From an uncultured Planctomycetota bacterium (GTDB taxonomy: Bacteria > Planctomycetota > Planctomycetia > Isosphaerales > Isosphaeraceae): DNA of 64,000 nucleotides. The position numbers were made by a program, and so were the translations under genes. The notes below the pieces were generated by a model that worked only from the letters and a program-made list of their open reading frames with translations, was not told the DNA's origin and made no database searches. Positions 9,187-20,600 of this stretch are shown piece by piece. The DNA is taken from positions 896,001 to 960,000 of the forward strand of contig CAWGMQ010000007.1 of assembly GCA_963823665.1 (NCBI GenBank). The letters are read 5' to 3'. Positions within the stretch are counted from its first letter, which is position 1, and the number at the start of each line of letters is the position of its first letter.

Positions 9187-11769
9187 TTAACGCCCGTCGA
9201 GTGCCTTGCGGAACGCCTGGTCGTCGCCTAGAGGCAAAAGGTCGGCGTCATGGCGTGCCGAATCGCGAAGGCGGGGCTCTTTGGCGAGGGCCGCGACGAT
9301 CGCCTTGCTGGCCAGGTGCCGCAGTCGCGACCGCTCAGGAGAATCCGCAGGACCGGCCGCCGACGCTAGCGCGAGCGAACAGGAGAGGTTGTACTGGTCG
9401 ATGGGTGATAGGTCGGCCCGCGCTTCCAACGGGAGGGCCTCGGTCGCGACCGCGCGATGGTCGCCTGCGCGAGCCAGGCAGAGGAGGCGACTGATGGTGT
9501 GGCCGGTGACTACCGGCCCGGGTTCGTCCAGGGCGATCACGCGGCGCCAATCGTCGGCGGCCTCGCGAAAGCGGCCGGCCTTCTCGAGCGCAAGCGCGCG
9601 CGCCCCGTGCAGGTTGAGCGCGGTCGCCTTCAGACGGAGCACGTTCGGCTCGGCATTCAAAATCGGGTCGAGCTCACGGAGGCCGTGGCCGAACCGGGCA
9701 ATCCCCGCGTCGAGGCGGCCAAGTTCCACGTCCAGGTTGCCCCAGTTGACGAGCAGGTCGCTCCGGCTGGCCACGTATTCGGCCACATTGGGCCGGGCGG
9801 CCAGGGCCTTCTCCAGCATCCCTTCGGCATCGCGATAGTTAACCTCGGCCGAGGCGGCGTCCTTCATCGTCGCGTGGACCAGTCCCAGATTGACGAGGCT
9901 CTGCGCCAGTTCCACGCGCAGGGAGACGTCGTCGGGGGCTTGGTGCAGCGCCTCCTTATAAATGGCGACGGCCCGGGCGTAATGCGGGACCGATCGCTCG
10001 GGGCTGTTGGCGAGCTGCCAGGCAGTTCCCAGGTTATGCTCGCACCAGGCCAGATCCTTCTCAGGATGGTCGTCGTCGACCGGCGCCAGGTCCACGCGAC
10101 GCCGGGCCAACGCGAGCGCCTTTTCGAGAGCAGAGACCGATCGCTCGGTATCTCGTCTCAAGAGGAAGACACCCTGCTTGATGTAGGCGACCATTTGCTC
10201 GCGCAGAAGGCCCTTATCGCTGGGGCTCTCAGCCAGCAGGGCCTCGTAGAGCCATTGGGCGCGGAGGAGGTTCGCCTCGGCGGGCTCGGGTCGTCCAAGC
10301 GTGAACTGGAGATTGGCGGCCTCGACGGCGGCCTTGGCCGTGTCGCGCCGGATCAGGGGGTGCGAATCGGTCTGCGCCAGGACCCGGTCGTAGAAGGCCA
10401 GCGCGGCCTCGGCCTGGGCGCGATGGGCCTCGGCGAGGCGCGGGCTGCCGCCAAACCTCGGGTCGGAGAGGACGCCCAATATCCTTGTGATGGCATCGCG
10501 GGCATCCCGGTAGTTGGACTCGGCAATGCCGCGCTGGCGGCGGGCGTCGGCGGCCGACTCAGCTTCCCGGGCGAGGGCCGCGCTGAGCCGCCACTGGTGG
10601 GCGAGCAGCCCGGCAATCGTTGCGACCAAGGAAAGGGCAAGGAGAGCGGCGAAGGCGGCCTCGGCGGGCCGGCGGCGGGCCCACTTGATGGCCCGGTCGC
10701 GGGCGCCGGTGGGCCGGGCCAGGATGGTTTCGCCCCGCGCGAAACGTCCGAGGTCGTCGGCCAGCGAGGCGGCCGATCCAAAGCGGCGCGCGGGTTCCTT
10801 CTCCAGGCAAGTGAGGCAGATCGTTCGCAGGTCGGCCGGAAGGTCCGGCCGGAATCGACTGGGGTTGGGGGGCTCGGCGGTCCGGATCAGCTCCAGCGTT
10901 TCGAGCGGGCTGGACGCCACGAACGGGGGCCGGCCGGCCAGGCATTCGAACAGGATGGCGCCCAGGGCGTAAACGTCGACGGCCGCGCCGACGGCCTCGC
11001 TTCCCCCTGCGGCCTGCTCGGGCGCCATGTACGAGGGCGTGCCGAGGATCAGGCTGGTGCGGGTGGCCGCGGCGGCGGGGTAAGCATCGAGCCGCTTGGC
11101 CAGTCCGAAGTCGGCGACCTTGGCCGCGCCGTCGGCGTCGAACAGGATGTTCGAGGGCTTCAGGTCGCGGTGGATGATCCCCCGGCCGTGGGCGTAATGC
11201 ACGGCCCGGGCGAGGCGCTCGACCAGCGCGATTACGTCCGGGATCGAGAGCGGGCCGGCGGCGAGGCGGTCGGCAAGCGAGCCTCCTTCGAGCAGCTCCA
11301 TCGCATAGAACGGGACCCCCTCGCGGACGCCCACGTCAAAGATCGGAACGATTGCGGGATGATTCAGACTGGCGACGGCCTCGAACTCGCGCCGGAACCG
11401 CTCGAGCACATGCGGGCTGGCGTCGCGGCCGGCGGCGACTGTTTTGAGCGCCACCCGACGGTCGAGGCCGAGCTGGCGGGCCCTGTGGACGACCCCCATG
11501 CCGCCCTGGCCGATGAGAGCCTCGAGCTCATATCCCAGCGCGAGAGCCGGGCCGCCGGCACCCTGAGAATCGGGCGCGCCGGCTCCGCGCAGCAAGGCGA
11601 TCCAGGGGTCGTCAGAGCGCGCGACTTCCAGCTTTCCCAGGCAGACAGCGCAATCGGTGAGGTGGCGCTCGATGTCGTCGGCCAGAGTTTCGTCGATCGC
11701 GCCGCGGCCGAAGTCGGCGAGCTGATCGGGAGTTGGATGGGCGTCGGTCGTGAAGGAGGTCTGCGGCAT
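9187..11769 (-). CDS. Ser/Thr protein kinase with N-terminal anti-sigma Zn finger and C-terminal TPRs
   Basis: HLTDCAVC; IGQGGMGVV, VALK, HRDLKPSN, DFGLAK, GTPSYMAPEQ; one TM segment followed by TPR-like helices. Confidence 0.95.
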   Translation of the reverse strand: MPQTSFTTDAHPTPDQLADFGRGAIDETLADDIERHLTDCAVCLGKLEVARSDDPWIALLRGAGAPDSQGAGGPALALGYELEALIGQGGMGVVHRARQLGLDRRVALKTVAAGRDASPHVLERFRREFEAVASLNHPAIVPIFDVGVREGVPFYAMELLEGGSLADRLAAGPLSIPDVIALVERLARAVHYAHGRGIIHRDLKPSNILFDADGAAKVADFGLAKRLDAYPAAAATRTSLILGTPSYMAPEQAAGGSEAVGAAVDVYALGAILFECLAGRPPFVASSPLETLELIRTAEPPNPSRFRPDLPADLRTICLTCLEKEPARRFGSAASLADDLGRFARGETILARPTGARDRAIKWARRRPAEAAFAALLALSLVATIAGLLAHQWRLSAALAREAESAADARRQRGIAESNYRDARDAITRILGVLSDPRFGGSPRLAEAHRAQAEAALAFYDRVLAQTDSHPLIRRDTAKAAVEAANLQFTLGRPEPAEANLLRAQWLYEALLAESPSDKGLLREQMVAYIKQGVFLLRRDTERSVSALEKALALARRRVDLAPVDDDHPEKDLAWCEHNLGTAWQLANSPERSVPHYARAVAIYKEALHQAPDDVSLRVELAQSLVNLGLVHATMKDAASAEVNYRDAEGMLEKALAARPNVAEYVASRSDLLVNWGNLDVELGRLDAGIARFGHGLRELDPILNAEPNVLRLKATALNLHGARALALEKAGRFREAADDWRRVIALDEPGPVVTGHTISRLLCLARAGDHRAVATEALPLEARADLSPIDQYNLSCSLALASAAGPADSPERSRLRHLASKAIVAALAKEPRLRDSARHDADLLPLGDDQAFRKALDGR

Positions 11770-11969
11770 TCGTGGGAACCTCGCCCCGATGGGGGAAAAC
11801 CTCTCGGCGGGGCGACCGGAGGACCGCGGGAAGAACCGCCGCGGCGCGGTCAGGCGGCGTCTGGCCCGGCCGAATCACGAAGACGACCGAGCCTAAGGTA
11901 GCAGCCAACCAAGCCGGCGCCCACGGCGGGGGACAACATCACGCCGGGCTCGGGGGCTGCTCGGTTCCG

Positions 11970-12258
11970 CCTGACGGTCCTGACGCGAGACGACTTGCTT
12001 CGCATGGCGCTCTACTCCAGGTAGGACGACCCGCGGCATGGGCCGGCTTACAGAGAGTGCATCAACCCCGTCGATCCTTTCACGGCGAGCTAGGTGTCAC
12101 GAAAATTTAACGCGCTCCACCGGCTGCTCATCCGATCAAACCCTGTCCTTCTTGCCGCAAACGCATGAGAACGCGCGACTTGGCGACCAGGACGGCGTTT
12201 ACCGACAGGCCCAGGGTCTCGGCGCGGGGCCGGCCGCTCCGCAAAGACCAGGAGGCGG
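11970..12258 (-). repeat. Diverged direct repeat of 24704-24997: ECF sigma 3' remnant (12128-12258), intergenic region and first codons of the RHS gene
   Basis: Shared blocks gacgcgagacgacttgcttcgcatggcg, ggccggcttacagagagtgca, ccgatcaaaccctg and gcgtttaccgacaggcccaggg. Confidence 0.9.
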
Positions 12259-12434
12259 TTCACTCCTGGTCGTTCGCTCATGCGGCAACGGCCTCACGCA
12301 TCGCGCGGGCGCCCCGTTCTCTCATGATCCGACGCCGCCGGACCGTGTGGCCTCTCTGCGTAGAAGCTATGATTGATGGAGCCGTAGAATGAATCTGAGG
12401 GCGTTCCCCTCTTCCGCGGATAACCGTTCCCACC

Positions 12435-14609
12435 ATGCGTAGTGCCCTGAGAACCGCCATTGCACTGCACCGTTCCGGGCACGTGGATCGGGCCGCGTCG
12501 TCGTATCAGGAGCTCCTGGCGAGCGAGCCCCGGAATGCCGACGCGCTCCACTGGTTCGGCATGTTGCTTCTTCAGCAGGGCGACCATGCGCGCAGCTTGG
12601 ATTTGATGACGCAAGCTGTCGCTCTCAAGCCGGATGCTTATCTCTTTCATGGCAACCTCGCCGAAGTGTATCGAGCCGCCGGAGATTTCGTTCGGGCCGA
12701 GGAGAGTTGCCGAGCGGCAATCCGGATCTGGCCGGATTACCCAGAGGCCCTGCTTGGACTCGGCACTTCCTTGACTTCGCTCAAACGGCCCGCCGAGGCC
12801 GTTGTACCTCTGCGGCGCACCGTAGAGCTACAGCCGAGCTTCGTCGTCGCGATCAACAACCTGGGGATTGCTCTCCGAGAGCTGGGCCAGACCCAGGAAG
12901 CCTTGGTGCAGTTTCGACGCGCCGTCGACGTCGAGCCATTGTACGCGCCGGCCCAGACGAATCTGGGCCAGGCCCTCCTCATTCTCGATAAGAAAGAAGA
13001 AGCTCTCGCACACTGCCAGGAAGCCGTTCGGCTCGACCCGAGCTCCGCCGAGATCCACGATAACCTGGGCAACGTCCTCCAGGCGCTCGACCGTCTCGAT
13101 GAGGCCTGGACCGCCTACTGGGAGGCGCTGCGGCTCAACCCCGACCTGCCGCTGGCCAACGCCCACGTCGGGCTGTTGCTCCAGAAGAAGGGCCACTTCT
13201 CCGAAGCCCTTCCCTGGCTGAGAAAGGCTGTGGCTCTCGAGCCGACAACCGCAGGGATCTGGGAATGGCTCGCCGACCTCCACGGGGAAATGGACGAGCC
13301 GGCCGCGGCAATTCCCTGCTGGGAGCGGGTACTGGCCCTGGAACCGGATCGCTCCACGGCCCGGCTCTCGCTGGGGCGAGCTTTACAGGACGAGGGACGG
13401 CTCGCAGAGGCCCGCGAGCAGTATCGGATTGCCGACCTACGCATGCCTCACTCGGGCGCTCCGCAGTTGAACCTGGGCTGGCTCCATGAGCTCCTGGGCG
13501 AGATGGACGAGGCCGAGTCGGCCTTCCGGCAGGCACTCATTCGACAGCCAAACTTCCCCGCGCCTCACGGAAGGCTGGCGACCTTGCTGCGCGGCAAGCT
13601 ATCCCAGGAAGACTTAGCTGCGCTCGAAGCCCGTCTGGCCGACGAGCAACTCGCCGAGAGCCCTCGGGCCCGGTTGCTGTTCGGCTTGGCCCATGTCCTG
13701 GACGCGCAGGGCGAATATGCACGCGCCGCCGTTTGTTTGACCCAGGCCAACGGCATCGCGCTCGAGCTCGCACGCGTCGGCCACAATTACTCTCTTGCCG
13801 AGCACGAACAATATGTTGATGGACTGATGCAATCGTTCAGCCGAGCGCTTTTTGACCGGCTGGTAGACTCAGGCTTGACCACCCGCCGCCCCATTTTCGT
13901 CTTTGGCTTGCCCCGCTCGGGCACAACCTTGATCGAGCAAGTCCTGGCCAGTCACTCTCAGATCCACGGAGCCGGAGAGCTGCGCCTCGCCCGGCAGTCG
14001 TTCGAATCGATCCCGGCGATGATGGGGCACGTCGTCTCGCCGAGGGACTGCATGCCCTTGGTCGGAACGGAGACGATCCGCCGGCTTGCCGAAGCGCATC
14101 TCGACCGCCTGGCCGCGACGGGCGCCGGAAAATCTCTCCGAGTCGTCGACAAGATGCCCGAGAATTACCTGTTCATCGGCCTGCTTTCCATCCTCTTTCC
14201 CCGGGCCACGTTCATCCACTGCCGGCGCGACCTGCGCGACGTGGCCGTGTCATGCTGGATGACCGATTTCAGCAGCATCCGCTGGGCGAATGACCCGTCG
14301 CATATCGCTGACCGGTTCCGGCAGTACTTCCGGATCATGAACTACTGGCGCACCGTTTTGCCGGTGGAGATCCACGAAATCGACTACGAAGACACGGTCA
14401 ACGACCTCGAAGCGGTGGCGCGGCGATTGATCACGGCGGCCGGGCTAGAGTGGGAGCCGGCGTGCCTGGAATTCCACCGCACCGAGCGGCCGGTGCGCAC
14501 CGCGAGTGTCAGCCAGGTACGCCAGCCCGTCTACAAGGGGTCGCTCAATCGCTGGAAGAACTACGAGCCGGCGCTCGCAGAGCTGTTCGCCGCGTTGCCC
14601 GGATTCTAG
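12435..14609 (+). CDS. TPR-repeat sulfotransferase
   Basis: Many TPRs; PAPS-binding motifs GLPRSGTTL and RDLRDVAVSCW; DKMPEN and TASVSQVRQP. Confidence 0.95.
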   Translation: MRSALRTAIALHRSGHVDRAASSYQELLASEPRNADALHWFGMLLLQQGDHARSLDLMTQAVALKPDAYLFHGNLAEVYRAAGDFVRAEESCRAAIRIWPDYPEALLGLGTSLTSLKRPAEAVVPLRRTVELQPSFVVAINNLGIALRELGQTQEALVQFRRAVDVEPLYAPAQTNLGQALLILDKKEEALAHCQEAVRLDPSSAEIHDNLGNVLQALDRLDEAWTAYWEALRLNPDLPLANAHVGLLLQKKGHFSEALPWLRKAVALEPTTAGIWEWLADLHGEMDEPAAAIPCWERVLALEPDRSTARLSLGRALQDEGRLAEAREQYRIADLRMPHSGAPQLNLGWLHELLGEMDEAESAFRQALIRQPNFPAPHGRLATLLRGKLSQEDLAALEARLADEQLAESPRARLLFGLAHVLDAQGEYARAAVCLTQANGIALELARVGHNYSLAEHEQYVDGLMQSFSRALFDRLVDSGLTTRRPIFVFGLPRSGTTLIEQVLASHSQIHGAGELRLARQSFESIPAMMGHVVSPRDCMPLVGTETIRRLAEAHLDRLAATGAGKSLRVVDKMPENYLFIGLLSILFPRATFIHCRRDLRDVAVSCWMTDFSSIRWANDPSHIADRFRQYFRIMNYWRTVLPVEIHEIDYEDTVNDLEAVARRLITAAGLEWEPACLEFHRTERPVRTASVSQVRQPVYKGSLNRWKNYEPALAELFAALPGF

Positions 14610-14669
14610 TCGAGCAGGCCGCAACGTGCTTCAATCCGTCGATCGATGCGACCGCGGCCATGAACGCAA

Positions 14670-17600
14670 TCAGCGCGTGACCCGCTTGCCTCCCGTGGTG
14701 ATCGTGAAGACGCCGTTATCGCCCGCAACACCCTTGTTGTTTCCGTCCAGGAACACGCCCGTGGCACTCTCTACCCCATTGGGCGCCCCGGCAGTGACCG
14801 TGATCTGGCCCCCCTTCGCGAAAGCCTGTTTCGTGCCGAGCGTCAGCATCACAGAGTGATCGCTATCACTGTACTGCACGCGGATCGGGACCGGATGATA
14901 GATCTTCTTGGTCGTCTTCTTGACGCGTACGGTCGACACCCAATCCACCTCGAAGTTCTTGGCGTTGCCCGCCGTGGTCGCATTCATCGCCTCGTTGAAC
15001 TCGAGCTTGAATCCGGTCAGCACCGCCTTGCCCACCGGCTTCTTATGGCTGTTCAACTTGCGTGTGAACACAGCTTGCTCGCCGATGATGACAGGCGGTG
15101 CAGGTGGCGGCGGCGGGGGAGGGGGCGGAAGCGTCTCCAACGAAACGGTGGTCGTGGCCTGAGCGCCGATCGGCGTCGGTTGCGTGAAGCCGGTCTTGCT
15201 GACAGCCACGCTGTAGAAACGGTACGAGTTGCCGTCCGCGCCGTCAAAGGTCGTCGACGTCTTGCTGGTATTGACCAACAGCGTCTGGTAGGGCCCGAAG
15301 GTGCTCGAGCCCTTGGCTTCGGTGCTGTAGAACACCGTGTACCCGGCGATGCCGGGACCCGCCCCATCGCTGCCCGACCAGCTCACGTTGAAGCTCGCAC
15401 TCGTTTCCGTGGCCGGTAGCGCGGTGACGCTCGAGGAGGGCGTTGTGTTGTCAATCGTGACCAGCGCCTGCTTGGCCGTCGAGATTCCCTGGCTGGGATC
15501 GGTCTCGCTGACCTGATCGGTGGCGATCGGTTGATTGCTGTCGAAAATGATGTTGGCGACGCTCGCGATCTTCGTACCGGTCGGCAGACCGGCCTTGGGG
15601 GCAACCATGTAGCTGATGAATCCCTGCCCACGGCCGGTGCCATTCTCGGGTGGCAGGAACCCGGCCAGAAGGTCGGGAGGCAACTGCGTTTTTTGATCGA
15701 TCGACCGGAATGTCACCGTCAATAGGCGCGTCGCATAGTCCAGGCTCGCGTTCACGACCACGCCGAAGCTGACTCCATTGTCGGTCATCGGTACGGTCGT
15801 CTGGTAATTCTGACTGCCCGGAGGAATCAAGAGCACGGTGTCGCCGAAGGCGATCTCGGTCAACTGGAATGTGCTCAAATCGAGATTGGGATCGAGCACG
15901 CTGGTGATCAATACCTGCTGCGCAGGAGCGGTTGCGGAAGGTGAATTCTCGAATTCGATCTCGTAGGGGAAGCGTGCATTCGCCGCGCCCGAGACAAAGT
16001 TTGACGGACCGTAGCCCGAAGGGCCAAGCAGTGAATTGGGGTCGATGCTGCCCGCCGTGCTCGCGCTCGACCCACCACTGCTGCTGCTGCTCGGGCTGCA
16101 CGGGCTGCTCGTGAACGTGTTGGTGGTCCAGTGCACGGTCACCGAGACGGGGGGCGGTGGCACATACCCGGGGTTAGACCCAACCGGCGACAGCCGCGAA
16201 TAAATATTGCGCACCGCACCGGTCAGAATCGTCGAGATGATCGAGTGACCTGTGACGATATGATTGATCGCATCGCCCAGGCCGATCCCGAGCCCAATCT
16301 GATTGGCCGGGTTTCCGGGGATCAGCGGGTGCAACGGGCTCCCCGTGTACGGTCCCGAAACGGTTGGGACCACGAACTGGAGATTGGCAACCGACGACCA
16401 GCCCGGTGTGACGTTACCCCACGAGCCCGTGATCGATGCCCCGGCGCCGTTCGCGCCGGCATACCCGCCGTAATACGGATAGATTCCGAAATTCCCATTC
16501 GCGTCGGTGCCGACCTGGATGCCGGCACTACCGCCGATGCCTGGAACGCCAGTGGGCACGTTCAAGGTAAGATAGTAGAGCCCGATCGGGTCGCCATTTT
16601 CGACCGGGTCGTTGCCGGCATACGCCCGCAGGTTGGTGCCGCTGGCGGACTGGCCGAGCGGATCGCCGGTTGTGAACTGCCCGATCGCCGGGTTGTAGCT
16701 GCGGGCCCGCATGTCGAAGAGACCGTTGCCGTCGCTCGAGACGCCGAACTGACCGAGATACGTGAATGGGTTGGCTGCCGTTCCCGAGCTCGATAGTAGA
16801 CTGCCCGACGGCAGATAGCTGTAGCTATTCACGAGCCCGCTGCCTGCGTTCGTGAGCCCGACTGTCGACCCGTCACCGTCAAATTGGTAATAGTTCGTGC
16901 TGCTCGCAGTCGTCTGGCTCAAAAGACCCAGCCCGTAGGTGTAGCTCGCGATCAGATTGCCGGCACCGTTGTACTGGCCGATCACATCCCCCACGCTGTT
17001 GGGATCGACGAGGTTGGTGGTCGTCTGACCGTTGTGAATGGTGGCGGTCCGGTTACCCAGCGAGTCGTACTCATAGACCCAGCTATCCGTCGGTGATGTC
17101 ACGCTGAGCAGGCGATTGAGCGAGTCGTAAGTATAAGTCGTCGTACCCGACCCGTTCGTCGTCGACACCAGGTCGCCATTGGCGTTATACCCGTAGGTCG
17201 TGCCTCCGACTGTCGTGTACTCGTCGACGCTGTTGCTCGTGTAGGACGTCGTCGTCCCGTTCACAATCGTCTGGGTGAGATCGCCGGCTGCGTTATAGGT
17301 ATAACTGAGGTTCTGGCTGGGAATACCGGGATTGGTCGAGCTGAGGGCCGCGTGCACCAGCTCGCCCGCATTGTCATAGCTGTACGTCCAGGTTCCGTCT
17401 TTCGTCGCCAGGGTCATTACCTGGCCAAGTGCGTTGTAAGTGTAGGTGAAGCTGCTGTCGATCGAGCCGTTCGCGGCATAATTGACCAGGTCAAGCAGAT
17501 GCCCGTCCGGGTCGTACGCATCCGTCGAGTAGGTGCCGTCGGCGTTGTCTTCACGAGCCAGCTCGCCGACATTGTTATAGGTATAGGAAGCGATCAGGTT

Positions 17601-20600
17601 GTTGCTGCCGTCGGTGAGCTTGGTCAACTGGCCGAGCGTGTTGTAGGTGTAGTTCACTGTCTGGGTCACGCTCGAACTCTTCACCACCATCTGGCTGCGC
17701 CTGCCGACGGTGTCGTAGGTGTAAGTGAGCGACTGTCCATTCGGGTAGGTCACGCTGAGCAGACGGTCTCCCGTATCGTAGGTGAGCGTGGTGACGCCCG
17801 TGCCATCGGTCGCCGTGATCAAGTTGCCCTGCGTGTCGTACGTGTAGGTCATCGCCGAACCGCCCTGGAGCATGATCCCGCTCACCTGGCCTGCGGCGTT
17901 GTAGGAATAGCTCGTGACCTGCCCATTCGGGTCGGTGAGGGAGAGCTCGTCCCCCAGCGCGTCGTACGCCATGTTCTCGGATGTGCCGTCGGGCGCGAGT
18001 ACGGACGTCAGGTTTCCGTTCCCGTCGTAGTTGTAGCTGGTGGAATCCGCCTGGGGATCGGTGGCGCTTGTGATCAAGTTGTCAGAGCCGCCGTACGTGT
18101 ATGTGGTGGTCTGGCCGAGTGCGTTCGTCACACTCGTCAGCTCGCCCGTGTTCGAATAGGCGTAACTGGTCGTCAAGCCGGTCGGGCCGGTGGCGCTTAC
18201 CAGGTTGAAGCTCGAGTCGTACGTCGCCACGGAAACGTTGCCGAGCGCGTCAACGATCCGGATCAACTCCCCATTGCCGTTGTAGTCGTATAGCGTGGCG
18301 GCGCCCGAGGCGTCGGTAAGCGTCACGCCGCCAACCTGGTACGCGTAGGTCACCGCACTCGCGCCGCCGGCTTGCGACGTCGCCGAAAGCCGGCCCGCCG
18401 AATCGTAGCTGAAGTTGTTCTGCGAGCCATCGGCGTACTTGATCGAGACCAGCGCGTCCTTGGTGGCCGCATTGGAGCCTCCCTGATATCCGTACTGGGT
18501 CACTTCACCGTCAAAGCTCGTCACGCCGATCAGGTGATTGCCGAGGTCGTAGTGGTACGCGACTGTGCGGCCGTCGGAACTCTGGACCGAGGCGATTAGC
18601 CCGGCCGCGTTGTAACCAATTGTGAGTGACGCGACCACGGGATTCGTTGCTGGATCACCGTTCGATGCCTTCAGGCTGCTCAGCCGTCCGGACGTATACA
18701 CGGCAGTGATCCGATTACCGTTGGAATCCTGAATATAGTTGAGGGTGCCGTCGGCGTTGAATGTCTCGGCCTGACCGTTCGTCTCCTGCAGGACGAACGT
18801 GCCGCCGCTCCCCTTGATGAGGATGCCGTGGTCGCCGGGGGTGGCGAAGTAATCGCTGCCGCGGCTGTCAGGCTGGAAGATGCGCTGCTGTCCGGTCGGG
18901 AGGGTGACAGTCACCGTCCCGTCCGCCGCCGCGGTCAATGAATACTGCCAGTTGTCGGTCCAGCCATAGCCGAGTGGTCCAAGCTGCTCGCGAGAGCTTG
19001 TCGGCTCGGCATAACTCCGCACGAAATCCAGCCCGATTTGCCCGGGAACGGCCATGTGAAGATCGTCGACGTTCGACAGGACAGGGCTCGGCGTCAGACC
19101 GTCGACCTGCATGACGGCCAGCGACCAGAGCTGACCGACGTTCGTCACGTTCTGCCCGATCTGGCCCAGATAGGTGGCCTCGTTATCGAGCGCGGTCACG
19201 TAATCGCCGATCGTGGGACCGATCTCGCTTTGAACACCCGCGAAGATGGCCGACCAGGCCTGGGACGAAACGCCTGGCGGCTGCAAGCCGGATTCGACAC
19301 TGCTCCAATCGTTGAGCTTCTGATCCTTCTGGGTGTAGCTGAGCAGTTTGAACTGGAAGTTTGTCTCGGCCAGGTTCCACGGCCGTTGCATGCCGGCATA
19401 GTAGACCGGCACCGTGACCGATTCACCGGGCTCGATCCAGCCCGGAACCTGATTGCCGCTCGCCAGGATCTCGACCGAGGGCGAGTAGCCCACCGGCGCC
19501 GCTGATGTCCAGAAGCCCGAAACGACCAGCGACGAGTCGAGCGTGAGCAACGGCACATCCTGCGGACGGGCCGACTCGAGCACCAGGAGCGGGGCCGCGA
19601 TCGCTGCCGTTCCCACATTCGAGTATTCGACTTCGATCGTCGAGGAGATGTGCCGCCCCATCTTGGCTGGAAGCATCAGATGGGTTTCGAGCATCCCCAT
19701 TCCGCCCTTGGCCGTCACCGTGAACCTGGCCGAAAGCTCCGAGCCAGAGCCGCCAGGATTGCTCGCGACAATCGAGTAGACCCCCTGCGGAACACCGGTC
19801 AGATCGAACGTCGCCGTCAGTTGGGTGAACGTCTCGAGCGCCACTGAGCTGGCCGCATGCGGCGAACCCGCCATCGGCAACAGCGAGACGGTGGTGCCAC
19901 TGTTGAAACCCGAGCCCGTCAAGACAAGCGTGGCTGTGGTGCCGGCGGGCGCCTGCGCGGCGCTACCGCCGTTAACTGGATCGGCGTGCCGGTGGCCGCG
20001 ATCGTGAAGCTGCTGACGGCGGGAACCGACGCCCCGTACGCCAGGATGAACCAGGTGCCCGGCGCGGCGGCCGGGACGAGCAACTGCGGATTGGCCGAGC
20101 CGGTGGACGAGCTGGCACTGTAGTCGACCAGGGTCGGAGGCGATCCCAGCTTGGCATAGAGCTGGTCGACGTCCGTCGACGCGGCGTCATGGAGCGTGAT
20201 CTCTAGCGACTGCGTCGACGGTACCGTGACGGCATAGAGCAGAGCCTGTCCGCTTGCGGTCAACGTCTGGCCCGACAGCGGCGCTCCCAGTGTCAATGGG
20301 CTCACCGATGTCTGCACGACATTGAAGGCATAAGATCCGCCCGGTGATCCGTTGCCGTGAGCCGTCAAGACATACGGGCCGCTGGATGGGAGCGTGATCG
20401 GACTGGAATTTGTCTGCTGGTTGGTGAACGCGGTGTAGCTTCCGGGCCCGGTCAAGTCAAACTCGCTGCCGCCGGACGTGCCGATCACCTGGAGCTCTAT
20501 CTGCTGGCCGGCCGCACCCGTGAACTGATATCGATAGACACTGAATGGGTTGCTGATCGTCCCGGTGTATTCCTGGTTGACGCTCAACAAGGTGACGCTG

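Noticed and set aside
9457..11901. 814-aa plus-strand ORF and similar long antisense ORFs (e.g. 1689-3068, 32421-33695)
   Set aside because: High-GC shadow ORFs opposite clearly identified genes.
19919..19980. Two separate genes or programmed frameshift in the RHS locus
   Set aside because: One added base restores a continuous domain; the second ORF has no RBS or signal peptide and there is no slippery site.
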